Positions 38,228 to 51,367 of a stretch of DNA of 64,000 nt are shown one piece after another. A program made the translations under genes and the position numbers. This DNA comes from Parasitella parasitica NRRL 2501. Lineage: Eukaryota; Fungi; Mucoromycota. Location of the stretch: contig MU619262.1 of assembly GCA_025201805.1 (NCBI GenBank), positions 225,068-289,067 on the forward strand. Reading direction: 5' to 3'. The notes beneath the pieces were generated by a model, which saw only the letters and a program-made list of their open reading frames with translations, was not told the origin of the DNA and ran no database searches. Each line of letters begins with the position of its first letter. The first letter of the stretch is position 1.

Positions 38228-39670
38228 ATGTCGACCACTGATGCAGCTCCAGAAACCCGTGCTCGCGGTTCTTCTTTCACTCAGACTAAACCCAAGCTAC
38301 TCAAACCCTTCAAGACTTCTGAAGTAAAGATTCTGCTCTTGGAAAATGTCAATGTCACTGCCGTAGATGCATTCAAAAAGCAAGGCTATCAGGTAAAATG
38401 GCATGATGTCTCTTATGGGGGGTGAGAAGGTGGGAGCGGATATACTGATGGGGTGTGAAATGTAGGTTGAGACTGTACCCAAGGCTTTAGTTGGTGATGA
38501 ATTGATTGAAAAAATAAAGGATGTTCATATCGTCGGTATCCGCTCCAAGACAAAGCTCACCAAGGCTGTCTTGGATGAAGCAAAGAATCTCTTGGGAATT
38601 GGCTGCTTCTGCATTGGCACAAATCAGGTTGATCTCAAGGCTGCTGCTGATAAGGGCGTAAGGATATTACATCGCTGGACATGCTGCAATGTATTAAGTT
38701 GTTTTTGTAGATTGCGGTGTTCAACTCTCCCTTTAGCAACTCAAGATCAGTCGCAGAACTAGTCATTGGCGAATTGATCACACTCGCCCGTCAATTGGGC
38801 GATCGCAATACAGAAATGCACAATGGTATCTGGAATAAGGTCTCCAAGAACTGCTATGAGATTAGACACAAAGTGCTCGGCATTGTGGGCTACGGCCATA
38901 TTGGTGCCCAGCTTTCTGTTTTAGCAGAGGCAATGGGCATGACAGTCTACTTTTATGATATCCAACAAATTATGCCTCTCGGTCAAGCAAAACCTGTTGA
39001 CTCTCTTGAGGAACTTTTGGGCATCTCTGATTTTGTATCGCTCCACGTACCAGAAACAGAAGATACAAAAAACATGATTGGGGAACGTGAAATCATGAAT
39101 CATATGAAGAAGGGGTCTTATCTGTTGAACAATGCTCGCGGCACAGTTGTCCAAATCGCTGCTCTTGTAAAGGGTTTGCAATCTGGACATCTGGCCGGTG
39201 CTGCCATTGATGTCTATCCCAAAGAGCCCGCCGCCAATGGCCCCAACTTTAACGACTATCCTGACTTGTTGTCTGCTAGCAATTTAATCATGACCCCCCA
39301 TATTGGTGGCTCTACGGAAGAAGCCCAGAGTATGATTGGCATTGAAGTCTCGAATGCTTTGACCAAGTTTATCAACGAAGGCTCGTCGCTCGGTGCTGTT
39401 AATTTCCCTGAAATTGACCTGCGTGCTATTTCTCAAGATGATAGAGACACTGTTCGCGTTCTTTACATTCATCGCAACATCCCTGGTGTTCTCAGAGCAA
39501 TCAACGAAATTTTTGCCGAGCATAACGTCGAAAAGCAATATTCCGACTCCAAGGGTGAAATTGCCTATGTAATGGCAGATATCTCAAATGTAACACAGCA
39601 GCATTTAGAAACCCTTTATAATGCCATTGTTGCCACTCCTGCCAACATCAGAACCCGCGTTCTTTACTAA
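38228..39670 (+). CDS. SER3: D-3-phosphoglycerate dehydrogenase, 3 exons
   Basis: LKPF...KILLLENV, GIRSKT, GCFCIGTNQVDL, GIVGYGHIG, TPHIGGSTEEAQ, C-terminal ACT domain. Confidence 0.95.
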
Positions 39671-40830
39671 ACAAATGTACATTTTGTGAATATTCAAATA
39701 AAACTATTAGATTGTTATCAGCTTGCAATACGATCATGAGTCATTGATAACAAAGATAACAAACAATCTCAGCAAACTATGTATTCAAAGAATTCGAATG
39801 AGTCAGTTATCCCTTGTGCAACAAGCGAAATGAGGTTGATCACTACAAAAAAGTTTTCAGTATTTTAAGCTCTGTTCCACAAAAAAAAAAGACAATCCAC
39901 GCATTGATTGTAGTGGTACTAGTTCAGAGCAATTCTGGTTGCCATGTGCTAATATAGGCCATTTTCACATTCTATTATTTTGTTACTCATATGCATATAC
40001 AGACGTTGGGCAACTTGTGCTTCATTATGCGTTGAACCCGTTTTGTTATGCCAGAGTTGTCATAATATTAATAATCACATCGAGGGGGGGGGGTACTGCT
40101 ACTTACTACGACAAAGAGAGATGTTGCAAGTGATGGTTTCAAAGTAACTTTTGGATTATTTCAACACCTTGTCTGTCGATGAAATTTTGGATACATTTGT
40201 AAGATTAAAAGTTGTTGTGGAAGGAAACAGCAGATGTCCATGATAAGCTTGTCTTGATGACATTTCGACAATAAAGGTAGATGGGAAAAATTCAAGACTT
40301 TACAGCTAGAAACGACACGCTTGTTTAGCTAGTTTGCGTTCTGTTTTTCGTTTGTCGATCTTTATTAACTCAAAGGCTTTATTAAAAAGTCATTTTCTTG
40401 ACAGAAATGTCAATAGCAGTGAATCTAATTAGCTGTTTTAGCTTGATTATGTAAATTATCACACATCCCGAATCTTTCTCATCTGCGCATTGATTCTTTC
40501 AAGCAAAAAGTAGAATAGTCTGCCAAGCACTAACCTGTTGATGTATACCAGTAGTAGCAGACTTTTGTTAGCTTTGCGGAGTATAACTGTCGACAAAGTA
40601 TATTCAGCTCTCAGGCTACATCAAGTAGCTTGTATCTTGGCGAATTGCTGAATAGCTTGGTGCTAATGAATAGCGTATTGCTATCATTGGTCAAAACAAA
40701 GGTGTAATATGACTTTCCTAAATAGATTATACGCTCTCCAGTATATACCGCAATCAAAAAGCTAATGACACTCTAATAGTGTAATATGGACGCTAATGTG
40801 AAATGGCTATAGATAAAGGACTTGACTATC

Positions 40831-40832
<2 letters not shown>

Positions 40833-40879
<47 letters not shown>
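40833..40879. repeat. Poly(T) tract (~47 nt)
   Basis: Uninterrupted T run. Confidence 0.9.
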
Positions 40880-40880
<1 letters not shown>

Positions 40881-41146
40881 ACAAATATATCTATTCTCTT
40901 CATGAGGGTAGCCGCTATAAACCTTGCGAGCCTTGGCCTCCTTTTAGATCAGGTATAGCGCACAAAAGAATGGCCACTTGGTACTATATTTATTCAAGTC
41001 GTACGAAAGTGATTGTTCAAAAATAGAATTTCTATTTTTTTTAGGGAAACAAAAATTCTACCCAAAACGAGGGCAAATGTTCTGGCCCTGCTCCATCATG
41101 TTGAGAAACCAGGCAAATCAGCGATATTTATGTTCATAGCACTGTC

Positions 41147-41177
<31 letters not shown>

Positions 41178-41472
41178 NNNNNNNNNNAGATCTTGAAAAA
41201 GTTGTTATGTTGCAATATATAGAAAACTGCCTTGTAGTCAAAAAGTATGTATATAATACTATCAGATATTGCTGTTACACACTTTCCAAATGATCGGGGC
41301 CTTTTCACGATGGCCCTATATATATAATATTATCGTAGCATTTTGAAGGGAGAGACAAATGAAGAGAGGCAATCCACACGTTTTTCACGGTATTTCAATA
41401 GATGAAAACTTGTATAAATAGCCCCATTTTTTTTCTGATTTATATTTCTCTTTTCTTCCATCAAGAACCAAA

Positions 41473-42705
41473 ATGAAGCCATCGCTAAAAAGATCAATTA
41501 TACTGGCAATCGTTATTCTACAGTTTACACATGTAGCCTTTTCTCAGCAACAACAACAACAACAACAGCAGCAGCAGCAAGGTCAGGCGTCTAATAATGT
41601 ATCAAGTGGCAATCAGCAAGACACTCAGCAGCAGCAGCAACAAACATCCAATACGCCTGCTGCCACATCTGCGCCGGTTGCTGAGACTTCAGTTCCTGCT
41701 GTTACAACTACCACGGAAGCAGCTCAACCAACAACGACTCAAGCACCCGAAACTTCGGCTAATGCCACTGTGGAACCAACAACCGCAACAGCAGCACCCA
41801 TCACATCTGATGCGGCTGTCCCTTCCAGTTCATCTGATGTCGGTAGTGATACCCGATCTGAAAGCAGAAAGGGGAATCAGCAAACCTCTACTATGGCAAC
41901 TAGTGACGGTAGCGCCGTCTCTACTGGCACTACTCCTAGCGGTCGTCCTCAGGCAACGGAGAGCGGTGGTTCAGGTGTAGCAGATGATTCAGGTTCGAGC
42001 AAAACTGCTGTTATTGCGGGATCAGTAGTGGGCGGTCTTGGTAAGTGCATGTGTGCATAAGTATCAAGCATACTGTTAACATTTTTTTTCCATCTTATGA
42101 ATAATATAGTGGGTATCGCTTTAATTGCGGGTCTCCTTACTTGGATGAATCGTCGTGGCGGTTGCACAAGCCGTACCCGCCGTCGTGATGCTCAGGAAGA
42201 CTTTTCCAACGACGATGACTACAAAATGACTGACAATAGCGTTGGCTTGGGAGCAGCTGCAAGCGGTGCCATGCACTCAACTGACAATATACCCTCATCG
42301 TCTCCCTTCCAACATGCTCGTCGCTTTGTCCCTCCTACATCAAGCACAACTGGCTACATGAACTTGCAAGATGAGGAATATGGGTATGACCAAAATGCGA
42401 ATGTCGCGGGTGCAGGCTATCAGCCTCAGCATTATCAGGATTATAATGCTGGCGACGTGTACCATGATGGCTCTCACCCTGAATACAACCATGATCACCA
42501 GCACTACAATGAATACGCTGCCCACGATTATTCTGCAGACGGTAGTGGTTTGGGTGGTTATCAGCAGCAAGCATTCTATAACCATGCACCGGGGTCTAGT
42601 GTTACTTTACCCACCCTTACAAGCTCTGTCCCTCTTGCTCCTGCCGATACCTATCGCCAGCAATTGAAACCTGATCAAGTCGAGCAAAAGCCGAATGTAG
42701 CCTAA
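41473..42705 (+). CDS. Mid2/Wsc-like type I cell-surface protein, 2 exons
   Basis: Signal peptide, polyQ, Ser/Thr-rich ectodomain, TM AVIAGSVVGGL|VGIALIAGLLTWM split by an intron (~42041-42109), Tyr-rich cytoplasmic tail. Confidence 0.8.
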
Positions 42706-42793
42706 GATATTATTTGAACCCTTTTTGTATATTCCACTGTAAAATACTATTATTTATTCTTATTATTGTTAAAGCTAAAATAAATAGACCTTA

Positions 42794-43938
42794 TCACATA
42801 TCTAAATTTTCAAGAGTCAAGGCCAGAGGTACATGGTCACTTGCACCCCATCCCTCATGGCGGATCTCGCTGGATATGATCTTGCCAAGTAAATCAGGTG
42901 TTGTTACAAAATAATCCAGCCTCCATCCCATCAACTTTTCGCGACATTTGAAGCGGTATCCATAGTATGTATAATGTCCTTTCTGCTCTGGGTGAAAATG
43001 GCGCCACGTATCAATCAATCCGGGTAGTTTCTCTGGTTTGGATTCATTCAGTACTTTGTCGAAATCAGTTCTCTCTTCAATGGTAAAACCAGCTGAGCGC
43101 TGATTTGTATCGGGGCGCGCAAGATCGTCAGCCGTATGCGCTACGTTCAAATCACTACAAGTACAAGAAAACACTTAATGTCGAGTACGTTGTAGCAGGT
43201 GGAATCGCACTTTACCCAGTCCAAACTATAGACTCGCCTTCTTTTTGAAGAGAGCGAATGTACTTTTCCATGCGGTCGTTAAAGACTTGTCTCTCAGGCA
43301 GCCTGACGAGCTTTTCGCCTGCATTAGGTACATAGCATCCAATCAGCGTAAAGCTGGGGAATGTTAATGAAAGCACTCTTCCTCGTGTAGTAGCTTCAAA
43401 TCCAGGAATGCCATACAGCACTTTGGAAGGTTTATATTTTGAGAAAACAGCAACACCAGCTAATGTATTGCATTACATTAATCATCTTGAAATCATCAAC
43501 CAAACCTGGATATGCATACTCACCATAGCCCTTTTTCTCGTCAATTGCCCAGTAGCGATACTTGTACACTTTGTCATTGACAGCAGTAGATAGGGGTGCG
43601 TTCTGTTTATGTTCCTGGATACACAGAATATCAGCGTCCTCGGCATCAACATAAGTATTAAACCCCTTTTTGATACAAGCTGCCAAACCAGCTACATTGT
43701 ACGATGCAATCTTGATGCTATTCTCTGGTTTCGGAGGGATATTGAACTTTGTTGGAAATGTCATGTTGTTTGGTAGAGAGGAATCAAATGGTTCCCAAAC
43801 AGCAGTCTTCGTTTTCGTCATCTTGGCCTTCTTTACTACTGTAGTATTGATAGTGGTTTCAGGTGAAAGTGTGCGCTTTTCAACGACTTTTGTCGCTTCA
43901 ACGGTTGCTGAAGTTGTCTTCTTTCGGGTGCCAGCCAT
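42794..43938 (-). CDS. Exonuclease III-family AP endonuclease (APE1-type), 3 exons; possible upstream start at 44016
   Basis: SYNVAGL, LCIQEHK, GYAGVA, YVPNAG, GDLNVAH, AGFTIEER, GWRLDYF, SDHVP; ends without an APE2-type GRF zinc-finger tail. Confidence 0.92.
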
Positions 43939-45756
43939 TTGCAAATAAATTATGCTGGATAAACGTAACGTGCAAGTGGAAAAAAGAGAAACGCGCAGCA
44001 GTGGAAAGCGTTTCATCGTGTCGAGAAAAAGCAAGGAGAAACGGCGGTCCGCTTGCACCACTGTCTTTTAATCAGGTAAAGTGAAGCACTCCGGGTAGAT
44101 GGATACGATCAGGTTTTAATTAAGCAATCAATTCCATATATGTTGACGCTTTCTACATGAATTGGTGAGTTTGCATCCAGTATACATTTCAGTTACTTGA
44201 ATTCGAAACTTGGATGTAACAGTAAATCTTGGCTCTGTAAAGACAGACTAAAAATAAAAGAAATCTAAGCGCAGATCCTCATGATTGCATCTTGGAATTG
44301 TGAGGCTGGTTATTTTGTAGACAGGATTTGCGCAATAATTAGCAACACTCATTAGCGTCCAAATTCTTGGAAAAATCACAACTGTCTATTATTTTGTTGA
44401 TCTGTTCTTTTGGTTCGAATCTCGAAAGTCCGTTAGTCACCAATAAAGGATACTTTTCTCTGCTTGAAACGTAACCTCAGGATATTCTTTCGTTTATAAA
44501 ATTTATCAAATGCTTATTTGGTCAAAGTCCACTTTCTTAGTCAAAACGTGGTGGAACAAAACCTTAAAATATTTGTGGAAGACTAAGGAGCCCTTACAGC
44601 CCTACTGCGTTGTTCTAAACAGAGACAGTTTGAATCGTAAATATGATGCGTTTCGCTTGGCCAACAGAGGAACATAATCACTAGGCAGGGTTTCTGAATT
44701 TTGTATTAAAATCTTCAATTTTCTATGAACTAAGATCGTACACCTCTGTTTTACACAAATTTGTTCAAAACAAATGTATCACAATCTCAATTGTACCAAC
44801 TTGGCCAACACCAGGAATCAGCTGTATTTCTCGTGAGGCAATTGATTGGATGGTTTGAATGTGGGGAATGATGAGCTTGAACTTTATATTTTACCATCAG
44901 TTACCTTACCACAACGGTTTGATTTGTATATCGATGATTCAAGGCAAATGCAATTCAACCGTTTGCATCAAAGCACTTTGAATAGCATTTGTTTAATTCT
45001 GTAGTCAAAGGTAGATTGCATGCGTATAATAAAAGTGCTCGTTCGGTACCAAGATCAAGAAATTACCTACTACAGTTGAAAATGCTTGTATTAAACAAAT
45101 ACTACCATTTAAGAGCTGGGAATCTTTTCAGCTAGATCAGTTTATTAAGACCAGGGCATTTTATTATTTTTTGTTTTTCATGTAACCAACTAAAGTTCTT
45201 GATCATTTGATGGTTCTGGTATATAGTTATAGCAAGCTTTCTGTATTAGGCACATGTGTATATTATATTACCAAGCCTCCCTTTTCTTGGAATACGAGCA
45301 AGAAAGACGTGTGTGCTTCTAGAGATGTGAATCCGAGAACAAGTGAGAGTGGGAAGATACTCACATTGTAAAACTGATCTAGTCTGACATTTTTATAAAC
45401 AAAAGCCGTTCTCCAGTAGGATATGTTACTATGGCCAAAGTTGATTTGTAGCACGCCTCTTATTTTACTGTCGTACGGAGGCATGATATACATATATATA
45501 CAAGTTTATGAGCGTAGGAGCTGTGTCATCTACGGTATTCATGGGATTTATTGCTTTTGCACGAATAATATTTGGTGTAACTATTTCGTAGGAAAACACT
45601 AGAGAGTTGTTATTATTTTGATCCATGCATAGACTATTCTTTCATTATGTAGCGCATATACAAGTGTTAGCATTTCTGCATGGACATCAACCAACAAATC
45701 CTACTATTAGAGTAATAAGATACTAATCAAGTATGATAGCTGATACTACCCTGCCA

Positions 45757-46022
45757 GCGGGGTAAAAGCATGTGTGTGAGTGTATCGAACAAATTTTCTC
45801 ACATCAACATGGAAATCATCTGTTTATTGCTTTTCCTATTCTTGCTTTTCAACTATTCCCGTTCAATACCAACCAATTACAAGACAACCCACAAAATCAA
45901 AGTATATCACATGAATTACCACAATAAAAGGTTTGTCTTAGGTAATCTGTGATCCCCACAATTGATGTAATGCCTCCCTGAGTCCACAAAGGGACCGCCT
46001 CAATACAGTATAAAAAGTGGGG
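45757..46022 (+). promoter_or_regulatory. CreA/Mig1-type SYGGGG sites and TATA box of the sugar transporter
   Basis: GCGGGG 45757-45762, CCCCAC 45954-45959, TATAAAAA 46009-46016 abutting GTGGGG 46017-46022. Confidence 0.45.
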
Positions 46023-46106
46023 CACTTTCTGACCTATTTTCTTTTCTTCGTCCATCTATCTACCTTGATCTATATCGCATAAAAAGATAAATCAGAACAT
46101 ATACAA

Positions 46107-47892
46107 ATGGGTATTTTAACTAAAATTACCACCAATATTTATGTAAGTTTTGTTTCATTGTCTATTAGTGTCGAGTCTCATTTGAATGTTTAATAGAGTA
46201 TTGGTGCGTTTGCAGCTATTGCCGGTATCATGTTTGGCTTCGACATTGGTTCGAATTCTGGTGTCATTGGCACAACACAGTAAGTCGGACAAACCACAGC
46301 TGAGCTTCCTGCTTATATGATATTCTAGATATCAGGACTATTTCAATCATCCGGACTCTTTGCTACAAGGTGGTATCAATGGCGCTCTTTCTGCTGGTTG
46401 TTTCGTAGGCGCCCTATTTGCTGGTTTCCCTGCTGATAGGTTCTCTCGTAAATTTACTCTCATCGCTGCCTCAGCAATGTTCGTTGTTGGAAGCGTGTTC
46501 CAAGCTGCCTCCAATGGTGTCGCATTACTTTGTGTTGGACGTGTTATCAACGGTTTATCAGTAGGCATCACCTCCATGGTCGTGCCACTCTATCAATCAG
46601 AAGTTGCGCCCAAGGAAATCAGAGGAAGACTTGTGGCTATACAACAGTGGGCAATCACATGTATGTGCAAACCCTAGATGGCGTGGATCGCTCATAAACT
46701 CTAACGTTTTCTTCCACATTTTTTAGGGGGCATCTTCATCTCTTTCTGGATCCAATATGGCACTCAATTTATCCAGAATACTGCTGCTTTCCGTATCCCC
46801 TGGGGGATTCAAGGCGTGCCTGCTCTCATTCTCTGTGCTGGCATGTGGGCATTCCCTCATTCTCCTAGATGGCTTGCTGACAAAGGTCGCATGGAAGAAG
46901 CATTGCAAGTTCTCGCTGACATTCACGGTAACGGCGACAAGAGCCATCCTCGCGTCCTGCTTGAAATGGAAGAGATTGAAGCTACTATTCACTTTGATAA
47001 GAACATTGCCTCTCACCGCTACGCTGATTTGCTGAAGCCTGGAATGGCTTACCGTGTCTCTCTTGGCGTTTGTCTTCAGATCTGGCAGCAATTGACAGGC
47101 ATGAACATTATCATGTTTTACGTCGTGTTTTTGTTCAAGCAAGCCGGTATTGGAGACTCTCAAGAAGCCACACTTGTCTCGTCTGGTGTCTCGTATGTCA
47201 TTAACGTTGTAATGACGATTCCTGCCATTCTGTTTGTTGACAAGTGGGGTCGTCGTCCAACTTTGATCTTTGGTGCCCTCTCCATGTCCATCTTTTTATG
47301 GGCTGTCGGTGGCGTCTTGGCCACTGGCACCTGGTATGTTGGTGAAGACGGCAAATGGCTTGTCAATCTTGCGTCAAAGACCAAGGCTAATGGCGTTGTT
47401 GCTTGTGTTTATCTCTTTGTTGCCTCTTTTGCTACCACATGGGGGCCCTTGGGTTGGATTTATCCTGCAGAGATTTATCCTCTCCGTGTTCGTGCCTTGG
47501 CTGTCTCACTGTCCACTGCTTCCAACTGGTTATTTAACTGGATTCTGAACTTTGTCGTCCCTTTGATGATGGAGCGTCTCCATTATGGCTTATACCTTTT
47601 ATTTGCTGCGTTCAATTTCTTGATGGCACTTCACGTTTTCATTGCTTATCCTGAGACCAAGGGTTATACTGTAAGTAGACTTTTTTTTATAGAACCATGT
47701 ACAAGTATCCTAATTTGATGTTTATAGCTTGAAGAAATGGATGTCGTCTTTGATCACAATCCTCGCAAGAAGATTTCTCGCGAAGCTTTGGAGAAATGGG
47801 TAGAGGAGAAAGGCCTTCGTCGCGCCGAAGCTACTGACTCTACTTCTGTCAACGAAAAGAAAGCTGAACTCGCTCATGAAGACGACGTTTAA
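46107..47892 (+). CDS. MFS sugar porter, high-affinity glucose transporter HGT1-like, 5 exons
   Basis: MFGFDIG, DRFSRK, YQSEVAPKEIRG, SPRWL, WQQLTGMN, DKWGRR, PETKG. Confidence 0.93.
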
Positions 47893-48104
47893 ATACTCTC
47901 ATACTTTATGTTTGGACTCTACACTATCTGTGATAGCTTAATATATCATTTATGTACAACATTATTATTTTATAATAAAATAAACTAATCTGTCTATCTT
48001 GAATTTTATATAAATTATCATTATTATATGGAAACATACGAATCGAGTAATCAAGACCAAAATACACAACGTAAAATAATATCGAGCTGAATTTATTGTT
48101 TCGT

Positions 48105-48606
48105 TTAAACTAGAGCGTTTTGACCAAAAGTTTCATCTATTTTAGAAGCAATGTCTTCAAACTGCTCAGCGTCAATCGAGTGCATAGCATTTATATCAGA
48201 CTTGATGCTTCTCATCAGCCTGGAATCCATGGAATTGATACCAAGGCCCGTGCTGGTTTGTTCCAAGATATTCGACGATTTGGCAGAGGCGTTTCCAGAG
48301 GGTAGGTTTGCCTCACTTCCTACACTCTGAGCTAGATAGTCATGTGTCTTGGATGAAGCCTACAAGGGCTAGATTAGCATTTCATCGTACGAAAAAACAG
48401 ATTAAAGACACTAACAGTGTCAATTTTATCGACAATGTCATTCAAAGATTTCTTCAGATTTCCATTTCTTTCGATAAACTGTGCTTTCATTTCTACGAAA
48501 AAACAAGCGATTTGAGAAAGTACGTAATAAAACGTTTGATATTTGACATACCAGCGTCAGTCATGTCTTGGTTGCTAGTATTGTTGTTACGAGTGTTGTT
48601 CATCAT
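48105..48606 (-). CDS. Cryptic 3-exon hypothetical protein (128 aa), absent from the ORF track
   Basis: Exons 48606-48552, 48492-48416 and 48359-48105; introns GTATGT..CGTAG (59 nt) and GTTAGT..GCTAAT..TGTAG (56 nt) give a stop-free frame; TATATAAA about 50 nt upstream. Confidence 0.7.
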
Positions 48607-48828
48607 TAAGCGTTTTCGTAAAAATGCGATATTTCAACATTAGCTTCCAGCAGCTTTATATAAGAATGGGAAATAAGATTACAATGCTTTCATGACGATT
48701 GAACGGGTTCTAGCCCACTAGTATAATAATACGCATGACCTCAAAAGAAACTTGGCCTTTTACGAGCAAACGTGCGTAATGATATCACATCGTGATAATG
48801 CGCTGTTGTACTTTTTGCGGCAATTTTA

Positions 48829-49356
48829 TTAACTAGGATGGCTTATCAGGAAGTTATTACTACAAGACGAAGGCGTTGTCGCATCGTCTAGAGATGGAAC
48901 AGAAGGTAAGGTCGACTCTGACATGTCGGCAGTGGGCAGAATGTAAGGCTGACTATGCACAAACGTCGAAGGTGTGAAAAAATCATGTTTTTCTCCCACA
49001 GAGGTCAAGCAAGCTGAGTCCAGCAAATGGAAATCCATCATATCGGTTTCATTGACGTCAATCCAGTGGTCTCTTTTGTCGGTGATACCAGGCGATGGAG
49101 GTATATATGCGCCAGCGTCATCAATAGTCGATAATTTGAAGATTTCGGATATCCTTGACTCTACCAATGCAGTAGGGCTACAAGATGGCTTTCTGCCGAA
49201 ATGGAAAGACGAGAGATATCCCTCTTTATTGATACGATCATCTGCTATCATGGATGATTCCCGTGGTTGTGCTTTCGACCAGAATTTAACAGGCTTCATG
49301 AAAGATTTGTATCTTGATTCAGACGCAGTACCAGCGGTTGCAGCAAGAAGAGCCAT
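48829..49356 (-). CDS. Hypothetical protein (175 aa)
   Basis: Single-exon ORF MALLAATAG... containing FKLSTIDDAGAYIPPSP; pyrimidine-rich leader. Confidence 0.65.
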   Translation of the reverse strand: MALLAATAGTASESRYKSFMKPVKFWSKAQPRESSMIADDRINKEGYLSSFHFGRKPSCSPTALVESRISEIFKLSTIDDAGAYIPPSPGITDKRDHWIDVNETDMMDFHLLDSACLTSVGEKHDFFTPSTFVHSQPYILPTADMSESTLPSVPSLDDATTPSSCSNNFLISHPS

Positions 49357-49841
49357 GTTTTTGTATAGCAAGAGAATGGAAGAAAGAGGGAAGGGGGAAG
49401 TATAGAGGGCTTTGCTCAATACGTTTTCTATTTATAATGTTCTTTATATAGGCCAATAGTGTACTCTCGGGAAATCGCTTTTTCATGGTCCTGCCATATA
49501 GGCCAGAGCCTTCATTATCCAAGCTGAACCACTTGCTTCTCTGTTAACATAAGCCTGCGGTACAAGTAAGATCTCCTGTTTATAGATAACTCTAATGATC
49601 ACAGCGAGTGGTAAAATGACCAATCAGTTCAACACCCATACCAATCCAGACAAAATGCCAACTGGCAGACACATTGTTGTCAAAACCATACAAAATTTAC
49701 CACCATTGCCTAATAATACACAATCTTGATTATCCTCGTGCATATATGTATAACTTAAATTTACGATTTTTTTTTTATTATATATTGTAAACCTTCTCTT
49801 CAAAAACCCTAAATAGACTGCAATTAAGATTAATAAACTTT

Positions 49842-51367
49842 CTATCTGTCTACTTCACCAAACACGATATCTGTAATACAAGAGAGTTAGTTTAGACGGC
49901 ATTTACAATACAGCAGAAAACATACCCATTGTGCCAATGATGGTGACCATATCTGGAAGTAAGTGGTTACGAGACATGAAATCGGCACCTTGCAGATGAG
50001 AGAAGCCCGGAGCTCTGATCTTGCATCTATAAGGTCTGTTGGAGCCATCTGACATCAAGAACACGCCAAATTCGCCCTTGGGGGCTTCAACAACAGTATA
50101 AGTTTCACCAGCAGGCACAGAGAAACCTTCAGAGTAGAACTTGAAGTGATGGATCAAAGCTTCCATGTTTTCCTTCATAGCAGCGCGGGGAGGGGGAGTA
50201 ATCTTCCAATCGTCAGTCTTGATGGGGCCTTCGGGCATTTGGTTGATACATTGGTGGATAATACGAAGAGATTGGCGCATTTCCTCCATACGACAGAGAT
50301 AACGGTCGAAACAATCGCCATTTTGGCCGATAGGAACATCGAATTCTACCTTGTCATAAGCGTCATAGGGGGCAACCTTACGAAGATCCCACTTGATGCC
50401 TGAACCACGGACAAGGACACCAGAGAAGCCCCAATCTTGGGCTTCCTGAGCAGTGACAACACCAATATCGCGAGTACGGATGTGCCAGATACGATTGCCA
50501 GTCAGAAGCTCTTCAATTTCATCTACACGGTCGGCAAACTGTACGGACCAGTCATGAATATCAGCTAAAAGGCCAATGGGGATGTCCAGAGATACACCAC
50601 CGGGACGAACATAGTTTGCGTGGAGACGAGCTCCACAGCAACGCTCATAGAATTCCATCAATTTTTCACGCTCTTCGAACATCCAAAGCAAAGGAGTCAA
50701 GGCACCAACATCCATAGCATGGGACATGACAGCCATGATGTGATTCAAAATACGAGTAACTTCACCAAACATGGTACGGATATACTTGGCACGATCAGGA
50801 ACTTCAATGTTCAAGAGTTTTTCCACTGCTAATGAATACGCTTGCTCGTTGGTCATGATGGAAACATAGTCAAGACGGTCAAAATAGGGCAATGCTTGCA
50901 GGTAGGTCTTGTATTCAATCAGCTTTTCAGTACCACGATGCAACAAACCGATGTGAGGGTCAGCACGAACAATCTCCTCGCCATTGAGTTCAAGAATAAG
51001 ACGAAGCACACCGTGGGCAGCAGGATGCTGAGGGCCGAAATTGACAGTAAAGTTGCGCATTCTACTCTCATCCTCATCCTCGACAACTAGACGTACACCG
51101 CATAATCTTTTCTTAGTTTTCTGACACTTTTCATTGCATCGTTTACGACTGCTTACCACCAAAATCTCTGGCATCTTCAGTGATAGTTGTTACATGGGCA
51201 TTGCTTACATGTTCGTTTGAATGCTTAGCGGCGGTAGCCATGGTACGGAATGGCTTGTATGTCCTCAAAGGCATTGCACTAGGGCGAAGTAGAGAAGTGC
51301 GTGCAGCAGGCACTGCTGAGGCAGCGCTGACGAGTCTACGTGCCCATATTCTGGTAGCAAATGACAT
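49842..51367 (-). CDS. NDUFS2: Complex I 49-kDa core subunit with mitochondrial presequence, 3 exons
   Basis: Arg/Ala/Ser-rich presequence; [32 protein letters not shown]; final exon DIVFGEVDR*. Confidence 0.96.

Noticed and set aside
40140-40740. Coding-like degenerate stretch before the poly-T tract
   Set aside because: Several stops and no recognisable family; cannot be supported as a pseudogene or element.
44830-44990. Possible Tc1 DDE fragment (MV*MWGMMS...GKCNS)
   Set aside because: Spacing does not fit and no catalytic motifs or TIRs are visible.
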